In this document: in pieces, positions 43,401 through 51,683 of the stretch
Layout: each line of letters starts with the position of its first letter
How positions within the stretch are numbered: position 1 is the stretch's first letter
From: Babesia bigemina
Lineage: Eukaryota
DNA: 64,000 nucleotides
Reading direction: 5' to 3'
NCBI RefSeq assembly: GCF_000981445.1
Contig: NC_027219.1
Coordinates: forward strand, 806,001-870,000
Translations under genes and position numbers: made by a program
Notes under the pieces: model-generated
Told to the model about the DNA's origin: nothing
What the model saw: the letters and a program-made list of their open reading frames with translations, nothing else
Database searches by the model: none

Positions 43401-44698
43401 CGATGTACAGCATCAACAAGCAACGCAGGTACCTGGTTGTCACGCTGGCTGAAGCGGAGGCTATAAGGGCGTGGTTGCACAGGAGCCGCACCAAGGCTAA
43501 AATTGGGCTTCGTAACCTTGGTGCCAGGTTCCAACCTTTCGACACCTCGCTTGCCTATGCGCAAACTAGACCGCAGAAGATCGCAGCGCTTGTCGGGTTA
43601 CAGTCTCGCATTGCCTATGCCTGCCTCAAGTTTTTCAACTCAGAGATGCAGTACACGTCGTTACAGGTCATGCTCCTAAGGGAGGTATTCGAAACCGTTT
43701 CTCCCTCGGAGTGTTTGAATTACTTCCAGCAACTGCGTGAAATGAGATTGGTTGTGCAAAATATCAAAACTGCACTTGGCGGATCGAGCATGCTCAGCAA
43801 GCTCTTCCAATCGTCAAGTACCGATGAAATCATCATGAGGCTGCTTAATATCAAGTTGCATCAGATATCGTGCGAGCGTGGCGGACCTCGCGGTCTGATG
43901 GCTTCCCTCAAGACTGAGAAGTTAAGCGGTCAGATGCTCACCGGACTTATTAACTCCAGCCCTCAGCGACCTTTGGCTCAGCCAAACGAACTCAGGGCAT
44001 TCCTACAGTATCTGGATCGCGATATAGATGGTGTCGTCAGCTTATCCGATCTGGAGAGCTCGTTTGACGAGCTTGTAGATGTCGCAGCGGACCTGAACGC
44101 ATACTGGGGCGTGAGGTTCACTGTTACTGTCCACAGTGATGTGCGGCCCGTGGTAAGGTGCGCCGATTTTGCCGTCTGGACTCCCAAGAAGCTTGGCCAC
44201 TCCTTGGATGTCGAGATGCATCAGCTCGCGCACCACTTTACGGCGCCAGGAGAAGGTGTAGTGGAGTGCGCCGTTCTCAAGTGCGTCAATAAGACCGGTG
44301 TGCCGTCACCACTCAAGAAATTCTGCCGACTGCCCGTCGGCTTCAAGAAACTCTGGCAGGACAGCGTTGAAGACCCCCAAATCTTCTTGTGGCAGCCTAT
44401 TGCTCCCGAGGGTCACACGGCGATTGGAATCGCTGCTACTCGCGTAGATGAGACGCCCAGCGACCATTCCGCTATATGCCCGCCTTCGAAATGGATCGAA
44501 GATGTTATATCGCCCGAACAGGTCTTGGAGGCTGACGGTTTCGACAGCGAATTGCAGCCCATGCGCATCAAGCTCTGCCTGTGGCAAGGCGCCGCGAACG
44601 TCGGCAAAGCTATTGCGCTTAAAGGCACAACCTTTGCACTGCAACCCAACCTTTTGGACATGATGGACACCGTGCCGGAGCTGCTGCCACTGCACTGA
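31448..44698 (+). CDS. Giant (at least 4416 aa) DUF3638/DUF3645-type P-loop protein with C-terminal EF-hand and Vps62-like segment
   Basis: Uninterrupted 13.2-kb ORF containing QMIMGEGKTTVVGP, VLMDEID, RRMLAVPFVGKGTPSKYSEFSHPDV, GFSGT, STGQDI, QGAWRMRG, DRDIDGVVSLSDL and WQPIAPEGHTAIG. An upstream exon is possible (acceptor-like TGTAG at 31418-31422). Confidence 0.8.
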   Translation: MAWIWRDPSFMELCCDQHFAFNAGTVIPTQRISAQSSLNNSTKLLQRIINKTLEKSGELVSPQMHSALLKAKESISVIDSALWQHLLDSTYAARGGDFTMLHRFIFGLLTRLKDLPNDSWFLIPGGVRLSDETPMDWTGYAVYKLPQSSGYVFGVINTGGPGLKYHSFKLDRYTKMGILQRDSGVMLKDVDPERLLHSAFWFALFRLMYAPSLHNYEYLYEVLLPYLNSKPLMLNWKLEPQSQVRSDSVEEKQRSAGSSAKKVLIEAFTKLSKDHGSKVQKSDSTKDMLFELSSNYGGVWMDAPVNEYKPNSMTRMIMAYVELVLRKDENNDTEVRMVHIMFQLSLCLLIDQDLDALTEKDLQAAQLSIRSSSLFVEIACKRLAVMLAEESLQGSQKDNLVDVDSNAEEFSLQAAAAMSSLVGSTNSPFPSVAKAAGSLGLQGERFHYDASSPLQNVSELYKLAACVIGKVYGNLQAKLPPKALGMGQGSCTIDRKLCAQTTDITLNCEFANFGNFRLDGPNVNELAKGSVRSQLLLPVEMTSVEMPVNNFNDVCKVLRRCVEACTLLSNQRDAISYSYAWRFQLIRHVLFEVLPLPLPIPIRNEDGSMPAPGQVMCFWANGDIEQETQVDILRLLQMLARHVAVTYCSLIRTRTIEGEKAIMLGAICAITDAVIRKVAVDTPSHVALLYSGKGNGPISPFGFTLGNFALESCYYSLTDPLAVIARTQVLDYFESVERMLGPKHLVFDWESGLEIGKGDELLIHLVALQLGFHRNEDDIRKYYVCESKEFAAIFPEFAYLRDIVFISKSLGWSGPIVPTSRYSLEDATLKWSVATSGATASLSVKAFGKQLKVTSIGKVRSFDEHNQTYYRKMMKWFVTSSNTKSPTSAADAHNLVNDCEIANETDVLHLQTLPDYGGNLGRRDSELLLQYLTASYVRIPLIMQFFASEANLHAVASAPLQKVVMASVFEPGLWKSRANDNVYPQMAPVQEADVLSTPLGLLFNEIYFSGSCVLLSIEQMLELALERDNCVFLGDASKVLPFAVRLATHVCYYVFQATSHYRFTEAEHAEHSDKKRVCGSGWRSNVRGLKLQSEAACLELEAFQKRMRALMMEAAKALKKRAVKAARANEQNAAALAMAHTALIYGYVLQIDDAMKQRGLSEHENEDDILLSLGTALIFVFVHHQFAVERSVNRVATDISEDDPDNDETLFMPELELFGVVQNVRSRFLRYLRSKGPACDDILEKLVQQVSQFAMSESDAAKLSMELSTGDNWHELQFPVMSGRFTKASWVHRQFKNPSYDDEDESDVDDVLMDSYYVEDDFDGSAADNAEASWAFSSQVRTGIDKTGEDAGADEPVPAENKGIISQTKDIVVDNTKKTMDMSVALGKKVYRKLRRKGKYDKAVSPIEAYEEWLKMRVMQHCDIEINFQTCELSLKKNRLQLLGQWVNQFPHYVELLGQVNRRSTVQSATVQLHRNRHWMRLVGRKYNLIMWDKDNRDYALPPKMTYKASTCHSGLEWLPPILDPWLKQHLPKWTVYLAKTAQTAELEKPRDEAYVNHVLKKQGIDTVRLFATYQMSSHHTGEAADTDTVAVSEFDGSDFSGIKDCTRDYIPNDDSTIVKIAKNTVETVSTISGVITDAASTLSKLGGKGKSSKSSSQNMSKHAAEVAAANNAVLPKDDDATPTSSSKRVVTKEIIVVKEPLAIHVFDLIEDGRTWYRSLCYSSDATRAFCASLPRYVTVTGLVGGQPELAVGKPSCPAPQPKSSLLVIRNTTKEDSLHASNFVSSREQFVLPECMRGLLPDVLLEEYYFWQNIKTADIMGYPKPTTAERYAKTRLWIELVPYGAPDNTYFQHAAAAGVVRRMHANADSQDELEMLVNLQTPKDELVESLTKTLLRLDDLSHILAWSRGKSNRVEVVEFARLGLTFRATRAGGGTSGIIRYMCEEHNGLFLNYGDVWQSPLTAALIRGLENSLLLTDEDGELYILVSTVRCPLRVFPKVPRGNILAHEVGQILQGVAWPELIYDGGNKDWLAAIDSGSRHYMYKVHSSRSFLFVPTYASGLFLLLNRFLDRQYEQVCRLSRTTLFDDGNQSSEEKAFWDVLAKIDSTSDKHPDAYACRLHLLLEASRQGLHVAEGIKLKHQKRVTKLQRNIKTIFGAVKPSSTPKEAEESKINWVLHEELLGYVTNLRFVSAGCRLSIEDEKDLLRLCQPYFNRFPVLSNRLAILNSVNQAQVSVTGRRFSLTQKIELTLPNKPNVYNYDSTCDKSCVERNIYVDAAANVLSSVRCKRPDSVLSGPDALAYVDKILAKGVGQSDFVIVYEMLCGIFPLSTLPYEPTHKWGAMLTRFIAHKEQNTKNIMLSTLKILSTDMTLGSHMPRVPPEVTQKQKFPSLFSRVQQPFQKFMGELQRTLGRLDDREQIKWPEDYKRHHKYEYVLRMNATIPQGHNLVPWSFVHYETDYTRDTMVLTPCRVGDAVIDSKFISAMGSEVLKEVMEPRTSVETAELTEEQKKLPISLDGHWIMKYAPARKMMKRLESDYEFYLKEEAMENQKQFTGFTLAHVEAMAEKPELLADEFRKLQTLRERLLDLFKSDGQFVESGIRSALRQSNSILSKDVSDNANVDVMQCWGYIFGKLAGIECLVGLDQLVDCLVSSNGEQNLLILNPFIDKPKDVLCLMAAVMLSVNRRCLTAKTICQLMLVLQSMKKLSQGKLTGDALAALKVDISTASRTLSNRMNTARHYMQLMVESDNETQAVLDPRLLLFEFSGNIILHKRQVELVRNFVDSARKGESRCHQMIMGEGKTTVVGPLLSVLLADGERLFVQICPHELLEFTRATLREKFSAVIHKGVFTLRFSRFDSATPELYLKLLQAKQTRSVVICTPTSIKSIFLKVISCFHKLDSGTLVNDSAIKRINHLHQRLVKIWNMKGTSKLIPSTVSKEKDKGKDKSKEKEAEKDKEQIKDKENTYRAVQLELDMCLRILELFASAVVLMDEIDLLLHPLKSELHWPIGEKKPLVHLRSSDHNIRWLLPWYMLRVMVHNTKEQISKHETVLLERIQLCFSEGVVGCHVSQSPHLVLLNQQWYFGEMLPLMAEWVAMYLKKHQLVVETSQQCVDYLTTGMPTAALQSVEVLSCAKEWLWSTFPHVISRVNLVNYGVLSVKQLEEILLINPNTPQSRRMLAVPFVGKGTPSKYSEFSHPDVLIGFTILAYLYQGLRRSDFVLALRHLAQQFYEEPGHLSERQAYKTFNRWVLSAGGSLRESKRKSTRQYHYLCDITDEHIFNPVEYVDRAADIWTLDVVNVYDEEQLDVLYNLLKNDGLVIEYFLCNVLFPEAMEHTTLQLTASAMELGSSMLFPIRLGFSGTPSQLLPVEMGKCHYSEGTDGMILKILTDDNVVKGPTILQKGWTSETILDLVAKSPLKPLALIDTGALITSLSNLQVAQELLKRGLDHVDGVVYLDDMDRQMVLLRDRWRSTLLTHCGIPPERRLSFYDQVHSTGQDIRQAAHATAFITIGADMTLRDYSQGAWRMRGIGKGQTLHLIIPREVETLIATDQKNERSKIKQCVQWLIVRGITSEMRFSRVLLEQSVQNVIRKKSFQKLIQNHLGVTEGEGDGLKQYVNIFREVKDYSIPNTFEPKRTLSERIRAYVKFHKVDDATLQTFVDTSMVPLKLSDIKEVDPKVKKAAPLKSTAVGDELFDIFATQDEELDAGSENDEPYDEQMQADASEQTKERQMKQDYLEMEKLPSSEEMNYEQEHEQEMEVLEEEEEEEEATHQRQQMKEEEHQVEEELPVPHRYSRSEEEIIRWNLEQLSKDPTSCGFLSCKDFYLFRKDATQLTMPFPNYLSISPNFYKIKWSANSYRRLKNVIVVIDVTGELESDILAGIQGADQQGVVSPQAAAAAEVAAAQSQDISIPRGFKRRIQRAFEILGNMPEKTVSLPVALSIIRAIDPEEPQDGELISSYIANELGRNGARLEEQCTQQMLLDSMTSMYSINKQRRYLVVTLAEAEAIRAWLHRSRTKAKIGLRNLGARFQPFDTSLAYAQTRPQKIAALVGLQSRIAYACLKFFNSEMQYTSLQVMLLREVFETVSPSECLNYFQQLREMRLVVQNIKTALGGSSMLSKLFQSSSTDEIIMRLLNIKLHQISCERGGPRGLMASLKTEKLSGQMLTGLINSSPQRPLAQPNELRAFLQYLDRDIDGVVSLSDLESSFDELVDVAADLNAYWGVRFTVTVHSDVRPVVRCADFAVWTPKKLGHSLDVEMHQLAHHFTAPGEGVVECAVLKCVNKTGVPSPLKKFCRLPVGFKKLWQDSVEDPQIFLWQPIAPEGHTAIGIAATRVDETPSDHSAICPPSKWIEDVISPEQVLEADGFDSELQPMRIKLCLWQGAANVGKAIALKGTTFALQPNLLDMMDTVPELLPLH

Positions 44699-46392
44699 GT
44701 GTATCCATCTGAATTGTGTTATTTAACTCTTAATGTCATAATGCTAATGTTGTAACTTAGAATTCATGGTTATGCTCGGCTTTTTTTACACCCCAACAAA
44801 CTGCATTCGTTGCGTCTAAAAAGCTGCACAACTTATTTTGTGGTTCACTATGAGCGCTTGCAAGGTGGCGGTAAGGCAAATGCATCATCTGAAACAGCTG
44901 TTGGGTTACGATGTTGCAACCGCTCGAAGGATTTGTCGCATAATCAATGGCAGATTTCGACTCCAACCGTCTGCTGCATATACATGTCATATGTGCATAT
45001 AGTGACGCGTAATGTTATCTGCTTCGTATCGCCCATATATTTCTCATCTCAATTTCTGCAACGTTATGGGTGAGCTGATCATCGTTTTTCAGTATTTAAT
45101 AACTGAAGCATGTTGAAAGATGCAGAAGAATACTGTATTGATATTGGATCAGACTAAACATCGGTATTTGTTGTAAAATCTGTTGTCTAAGTTGGAAAAA
45201 TTAGTCTACCCTTGAATGCTGCCATTTTTGCTTATTGCCTATTTTCAGCATATTTGCTTTCTTACGGCATGATACATCGTTTATTTTATGTGTATCTATT
45301 AACGGCCATATTTTACGCTTGGGATACACAAGCATTTAGGTCGTATTCGTAGCCTCCAGCCTATTGCATAGCTCCCCCTTCCAACAATCGCTTAGAGCCT
45401 CTTTACGCTCAACCCGTCCTCCATTTAGTAGTTAGCATACTGTGAGTATTTACTGGCAACACAGGTATGTGGATGTCGGTTCGCCGATGAGTAATGTGTG
45501 ACCCTGTCCTCATTGAACAGTAAGGGTGTACTGTGAAGTTGGGTGTGTGGACAACCACGTTCATCTAGGGGAACTGCCGTGCTACTTAAAGCATTGCGCT
45601 TACCTTTAGCTGTGTGTGTGGCGTGTTAACGTTGAGATGTGTGGGTTTTGGGAGGTGGAATGACGCGACGCTTAGGTTGTCCGACGTGACAACTAAAGGG
45701 CGGCGTAGACAATGGACGTTGATACTTAACAGTGTTCTAAGCCACACTATTGTGGTATAATATAATATATCTGTTAGGAAAGGGGTGTCGCGCCCATATT
45801 CAGGCGCGTGTAGGTTGCTGGGAACATGGTTGGTCGTATTCTGGGTAGGGGTGAAATTGGATAGTTATCATAGTAATCGATTACACACGAGGCGTCTACG
45901 GTACGCTTCGCACATACACACAGCAGTAAATGCGTTCGATGTGTCAAGTGCGTATCTAGTATTACTGGCTGCGCGTTGAGCCATGACTGCTATGAATGGT
46001 CACCGAAAGCATACGGGAGACCGATTAGTGGCGTTAGAGCGCCATGATGGACGCTTTAGTCCATTTCACACTCTGGATACATATGTGGTATGGTGTCTGC
46101 TTACGGTGATTCAGTAATTGTAGCAATAGGCTCAGGGCCTACTGTACTGGGCTTGTCGCATACTTACTACTACGTTATGCTGATAAGCATATGAATTGCG
46201 CGTACTTGTATGCCTATTCGAGACGTAGTGGTTGTGGTTTTGTTCGCGATTTCAAGCATTTGGTTTTGTGTTGCAGAGTGATCTATTTTGTCCGGGTTTC
46301 ACATTACAGCCTGTTCACTTGGCACGCATAGTGGTATAGACACACCACCTCTCTATGAGTAATCACAATACCTCATAGGTTGCGTAAGCAGG

Positions 46393-49300
46393 ATGACAAC
46401 CTTTTGTAATAATCTTGATACGATCAAGTGTGTCCTTGCCCTTCTAGCGGGCCTAGATAGGGGGGCAGGTAATCATATAAAAAAGCACTTGGGGCGCCTA
46501 TTGTATCAAGACCACCTAACTCATTTGATTAGATTGGGAATAAATGCCGGCAATCTTCAATATTCTATAAGCAGGTTCATATCCCGTGCGAATAAATTGT
46601 ATGTGAAATTGTCTAAAAATGCTAGGTGGCATGCAGTGCCATTTAACCTGGTGAATAATGCCAATGAGCCTTTTGAAAAGTTGAAGCAATGTCTACCGAA
46701 GTTTCTTGCTTCACTGTCATACTTGTGGTACCATGTTGATACTGCGTACGGTTCAGGGGGAGGAGGTGGATGGGCAGACAAGCGCACCCGGCATAATACT
46801 CACGCAATTTGTATTTATCTCACTGCTAAGTCGTCCGATGCTGACAAATACAAAGGCATTTTCCCTGGGGGATTTGAATTTGAAGAACTTCGTTCTCTGA
46901 TGGGCAGAGATCTGGCTGCTCCATTAAAAGAACTCTTGACGAAAGATAGTCATGGATACGGCATGCACAACCATTTCCGCAATGTATTATTCTTCACCTT
47001 AAAAGAGAGGTTGGAAGCTGTAAATACAGGAAATGCTGTGGGCGTCGTATATCTGTTTTGCCAGATTGTGGCAAAGGAAACTAAAAAAAGTGCTTTTTAC
47101 AGTGCTTTGATTAAAAGTATTGGAATCCGAAAAAGGTGTTTCAGTTGGAGAAAATTAAAAGTCGTATGTGCCAAACTTAAGCTCGTATATGATGATATGT
47201 TAAAAAATGGTTTTGACATTATCGGACATCTTACCAATATTTCGCACATTAGCACGTCGAGTTTCGTCGTAAAATTTGTCGAGTGGTACAGAAACCATTA
47301 TGACGAGTTGTTGCAAAATCTAAAGACTATGGATTCCACAGTTAAGAAATATGATATGTTTACATGGGAGCCATTCGTGAAGAACGTTTTGTTTCCAAAC
47401 GGTTTCATATTTAAAGAAACAAAAGCGAGTGATGCGTCCAATAGTTTGGACCTTTGGCATTTCATTGATGTCATAGAAAAGCTCATTGATAAAGATGATG
47501 GTTTGATAGCTCTGAAAAATGTTTTGGAATATGGGAGATGCCAACCTAAGACAAGGCGTGTACCCACTGGTGCAGACCTGCCAACGCATCAAGGTCCAGT
47601 GACCTTAAATCAGCATGATAGTTTACTTGGCCAGTTTTTTCCTATTCCACAACCTGTTGTCTCTCGGAATTCAGTGCAGCATTTCGATCGGGATGATTTA
47701 AGTCAAGGCTCTTCGTACACTACTGACCTTCCGTCAGACAGTGATACCGACCAGCGTGATTTGTCCATTAACCCTCCGAGCGTAGACCCTGTTGCGGCTA
47801 AAGGTGGTAAGAAGAATCAGGTGCCTAGTCCACCACGTCAAGGCTCTCAGTCGATAGGTGCCTCTGGTCACAGTAATGGATCGGTCCAGACTGGCGAGAT
47901 GGGTTCTTCTGGCTCGGCTCCACAGGGTGGTCCAAAGTCGCAGGTAGATCAGGGTCCCGGCCTTTCTCCAGTATCCAACGTAGAATCTCCTGGCTCAGGT
48001 AGTGGTACGGGAAAGGGTGTCACGGCGTCTCTTCCCGGCCCTGATGAATCAAAGACTAACGATGCCCAAGCTGGTAAAGCCGGCTCCGCTGGCCCACCTG
48101 CTCAGGCTCCTCGTATTCCGAACTCTGGTCACGATAGTGGTGAAAATAAGGGAAACAGCGGGGGAGATGGTACGCAGTTTGAAAATGCGGAAGGTCATAT
48201 TTCTCCAGTTCAACGGAGTGATGTATCGTCAGATACCACGCTCACTCGTACTACAAGTGTTTCAAGCATCGATTCTGGGTCATCTGGTCCCTCCGGGAAG
48301 CCACATATTCCTAGTACGCATTCACGGGACACTGTTTCTAGTCCACGATCTCCAGCATCTCCAAGCCTTGTGAATCCATTAAATCAAACTGACTCAAGTC
48401 AAGGATTGGATAAAGATGGCGGCCAACACTCAGGTGGCAATTCGAATAATCCTTCGACGAGCGTTGTTAATTCGAGCCCACAGTCTAGTGTTACCCAAGG
48501 CTCTGTGGTTTTAGGTCCCCCACGTGATTCCGGTGCAAGTTCTCAGCCACCTCCTACTGCGCCTTCCGTTGTTGAAGATGGAAAAGATGTGCATTCCCCT
48601 TCTGTCACTACTCAACAAAATGGCAAAGGCGCACAGGACAGCAGCCGTGATGATGCCACGGCATCGTCTACGGGGGGTTCTTCCTCAGATGGCGTTGGAA
48701 GCAGTGGACAGAGTGGGCCACCTGGGGGCAAGAGCAAACACACGCCGTTTTACTCTGCATTCGATTACACCAGTACGCATACGTGGGACATTTTCAGGAA
48801 GCAGCATTACCAGCCAACATTATTACATAAGGATATAAACCCCCGTGGTCCTTTCATACGCCGAAATCAGGACGCCAGTAATGATCACAAAGATTCTCAA
48901 CCTAGTAGAGATCAAGCTGTTACTAGGCAGACACCCTTGGGTTCGGATGTGCGGCGACCAGGGCAGCACGAGCGAAATATTCCATATAACGGTGTTTTCA
49001 CTGCTGGCCCTGTCGACCCATTTGCTATCTACGGTTATGGCTTATCTCAGGCATACACCTCCGTCAGTGGCCATTCTCTTGTTTATAAAATACCTGAAAA
49101 AGGAAAACCTTGGATTTTGCCAGATAAAAATTATGTGGCGGGAGAGTGGACGGAAATACAGGATAGAGTTAATAGCATATTCACCGGGGAGCCTGAGGCT
49201 GACGCCAAAGGCCTACCGCAAACAGTGACCCGAGTTTTCGAAGTTTATGGTATTCCAACAGGTTACCCGATAAAACTGCAAAAACCGCCGATGAAGCCAC

Positions 49301-51219
49301 CCACATATTCCAAGAAAAGTATGCCTTTTCCACCAGTTCCTGACCTTATAGGGGAAGCAATTCCGGATCCTACTCTAAATACTCGCCTACCTCCACCTCC
49401 CATAGAGATCAAAGTCAGAGACCCATATTCACAGTACGATACAGTGAACTCTGACATAGCTCGGAGACCATCACTGCCAATTGTTGAGAGTGTAAAAATA
49501 CCTCTACCCAGTATTAAGTACTCACGGCCACCTCCTTCGAAGCCTGATAAGGACGGGAATTACGATGATCCTGACACTTGGGGGAATTTTAAAAATTACG
49601 GATTGTATATGTATCCGAGTCCAGACATATGCAGGAATGCGTGGAACTATGTGTATACTTTCCCCATCCCTCCAACCCAGCTCTCGCCGCCGGACTCAGA
49701 CCTTTTGCCGTCGCCCACCACCGTCAGAGAAATGCTCTATTGGCTAGTCGGCCTTCTTGAGTATGGCTACATTGCGAAAATCGCGGAGTATGTTGAAGCC
49801 ATATTGCTAGATTTCAAAATCAGCTACCAATTCCCAGAAGTCCTCGGCATCACGGGGTTTGAAAATTTAACCATCTCCTTTGTCGTCGCAACCCTGACCG
49901 AGGCCTGCCTATACGCAGCCAACGTAATCTACGAAATGAAATACTACGATGATTACGAAACGGTTAAAAATTTGCAGTTCGACGCAGTGTATCGTAAGCT
50001 TCATTATTCCTCCGAAACCTCCTGCCTCCTTTGCCAACTGCGGGACTACGTCTACGCCTGCCAACACCAGTTGGCGTTCCTAAGGTCGCAATGTTCACGA
50101 GGAAAATTCCAAGGTGGTTGGATGGATCATAAATATGGCAGTGACATCACTTCTACCACCTCCCCCCTCCAGGCGTTTCTGACTGACAGCCGGAACTCCG
50201 CCTTCAAGACTCATCCCTTCAACCCCTGCGACATATGCCTGAAGAGCCGTGTAAATATGGGATTTGGAGCAGAGGATTTGCCCAAGGATATCAAAACTGG
50301 TATTGCGCTTTACAACATCCTCTCTCCCAACTGCAGCATCGATGATCCCTTGCTGATATTGTCACCCTATCTGGTCTGTCTAACCGGGCGTACGCCGCGG
50401 ACCACAGGGGAGCTTGTCTCATTCTTCCAGCATTTTGGAAATGAGATGTATGTTGCATTCTCAGGAGAATTGTCCAATGTGGGTGCCGCCCTCACCGAGC
50501 CTCCAGCGTTGTACCCCATTTGGGATCATCTTGAGGCTCACGACCTCCGAACAGTGCGGGATATACGGGGCTCTTACGATTCCAAAGCTGACCATCCCAA
50601 GACGCTGTCCGCACTAATTGGATGCGACATCTACAATGTCAACTGCGTCAATCACTTCACGCCCATCACCTACCAGGCCTACTCCCTCTACTCTCCCATA
50701 TTCGCCCACACCTACCTCATCTGGATGATACACTTTGCTGACATACTCCGAGACTCACTCGAGAGACTACGGGCAGAATTTAGATGCCACGATTGTTCCA
50801 ACTTCAACTCTGTCTACCAGTGTGAGAAGGTCATGCCTCTACTCTACCTACACGGATTCACTCCTCCGGATGGTACATCGAAACTGTCACTCACTTGTGC
50901 GGATGTCGTCAAAACGCTGGATGCCGTAGTCTACGGCAGGCCTGTCGCGAACCTTATCAGCTTAACGGACGAGTTCCTCTACAGAGTGCGAAAACCCTTC
51001 ATCTTATTCGGCCTCGCAATCTGGTCTCTCACAGCTGTATACTTCGCCCACATCGCAATTTGCCGTCTGGACGTTTTGCGTCTCCTGTCGCACCGCATTC
51101 GCACCAAGGCATCGCATCTCATCAATATCGCGGCGTTACTCGCTCATGGCATAAGAATGCCCTCACTCTACGACATCCAGTACTTCGACGACGATCTACA
51201 CACCTACTGGTTTTATTAA
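46393..51219 (+). CDS. Large ves-related variant-family protein (1608 aa) with low-complexity middle and C-terminal Cys-rich domain plus TM helix
   Basis: C-terminal motifs PTTVREMLYWLVGL, FLRSQCSRG..QGGW, SPLQAFLTD, RTPRTTGELVSFF and LYLHGFTP, then TM FILFGLAIWSLTAVYFAHIAI and a short tail. These resemble Babesia VESA-related families. Codon usage is more AT-rich than in neighbouring genes. Confidence 0.7.
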   Translation: MTTFCNNLDTIKCVLALLAGLDRGAGNHIKKHLGRLLYQDHLTHLIRLGINAGNLQYSISRFISRANKLYVKLSKNARWHAVPFNLVNNANEPFEKLKQCLPKFLASLSYLWYHVDTAYGSGGGGGWADKRTRHNTHAICIYLTAKSSDADKYKGIFPGGFEFEELRSLMGRDLAAPLKELLTKDSHGYGMHNHFRNVLFFTLKERLEAVNTGNAVGVVYLFCQIVAKETKKSAFYSALIKSIGIRKRCFSWRKLKVVCAKLKLVYDDMLKNGFDIIGHLTNISHISTSSFVVKFVEWYRNHYDELLQNLKTMDSTVKKYDMFTWEPFVKNVLFPNGFIFKETKASDASNSLDLWHFIDVIEKLIDKDDGLIALKNVLEYGRCQPKTRRVPTGADLPTHQGPVTLNQHDSLLGQFFPIPQPVVSRNSVQHFDRDDLSQGSSYTTDLPSDSDTDQRDLSINPPSVDPVAAKGGKKNQVPSPPRQGSQSIGASGHSNGSVQTGEMGSSGSAPQGGPKSQVDQGPGLSPVSNVESPGSGSGTGKGVTASLPGPDESKTNDAQAGKAGSAGPPAQAPRIPNSGHDSGENKGNSGGDGTQFENAEGHISPVQRSDVSSDTTLTRTTSVSSIDSGSSGPSGKPHIPSTHSRDTVSSPRSPASPSLVNPLNQTDSSQGLDKDGGQHSGGNSNNPSTSVVNSSPQSSVTQGSVVLGPPRDSGASSQPPPTAPSVVEDGKDVHSPSVTTQQNGKGAQDSSRDDATASSTGGSSSDGVGSSGQSGPPGGKSKHTPFYSAFDYTSTHTWDIFRKQHYQPTLLHKDINPRGPFIRRNQDASNDHKDSQPSRDQAVTRQTPLGSDVRRPGQHERNIPYNGVFTAGPVDPFAIYGYGLSQAYTSVSGHSLVYKIPEKGKPWILPDKNYVAGEWTEIQDRVNSIFTGEPEADAKGLPQTVTRVFEVYGIPTGYPIKLQKPPMKPPTYSKKSMPFPPVPDLIGEAIPDPTLNTRLPPPPIEIKVRDPYSQYDTVNSDIARRPSLPIVESVKIPLPSIKYSRPPPSKPDKDGNYDDPDTWGNFKNYGLYMYPSPDICRNAWNYVYTFPIPPTQLSPPDSDLLPSPTTVREMLYWLVGLLEYGYIAKIAEYVEAILLDFKISYQFPEVLGITGFENLTISFVVATLTEACLYAANVIYEMKYYDDYETVKNLQFDAVYRKLHYSSETSCLLCQLRDYVYACQHQLAFLRSQCSRGKFQGGWMDHKYGSDITSTTSPLQAFLTDSRNSAFKTHPFNPCDICLKSRVNMGFGAEDLPKDIKTGIALYNILSPNCSIDDPLLILSPYLVCLTGRTPRTTGELVSFFQHFGNEMYVAFSGELSNVGAALTEPPALYPIWDHLEAHDLRTVRDIRGSYDSKADHPKTLSALIGCDIYNVNCVNHFTPITYQAYSLYSPIFAHTYLIWMIHFADILRDSLERLRAEFRCHDCSNFNSVYQCEKVMPLLYLHGFTPPDGTSKLSLTCADVVKTLDAVVYGRPVANLISLTDEFLYRVRKPFILFGLAIWSLTAVYFAHIAICRLDVLRLLSHRIRTKASHLINIAALLAHGIRMPSLYDIQYFDDDLHTYWFY

Positions 51220-51683
51220 TGATTGTTGTACGATGATTCCTCACCATATATGCGATGCGGGCTGCCTAAGCATGTTGTAGAATAGCAATAAAACTGTACA
51301 AAACCTTATATATCATCCAATGAACACTTGAAACCAGTCAGGATTGTAGAAATTGTACGCACGGACATGACAGCAGCTTCCGATTCACGGATAGACGCAT
51401 GTTGCCTTCGCGACGCCAAATACCGAACATTGACGGTACCGTGGCGTTCGTCACCTCACCGACCAAAAAAACAGACGCAATGCAGTTAAATTGACAAGTC
51501 ACGGATTAAACAATGAAAGTAAACGACATGCGGATGCTGCCGGATACACGGTAATGCATCTGTAGGTATACGCCCCGCTAAGCGCACATTCATTGCGACT
51601 CAAGGGACAACAGTGACTTTGCCTAAAACGTACACGCAGAAAGCCAAAGCACAGTAGAGGGGGTTAAATAATTAGAAACAGGG

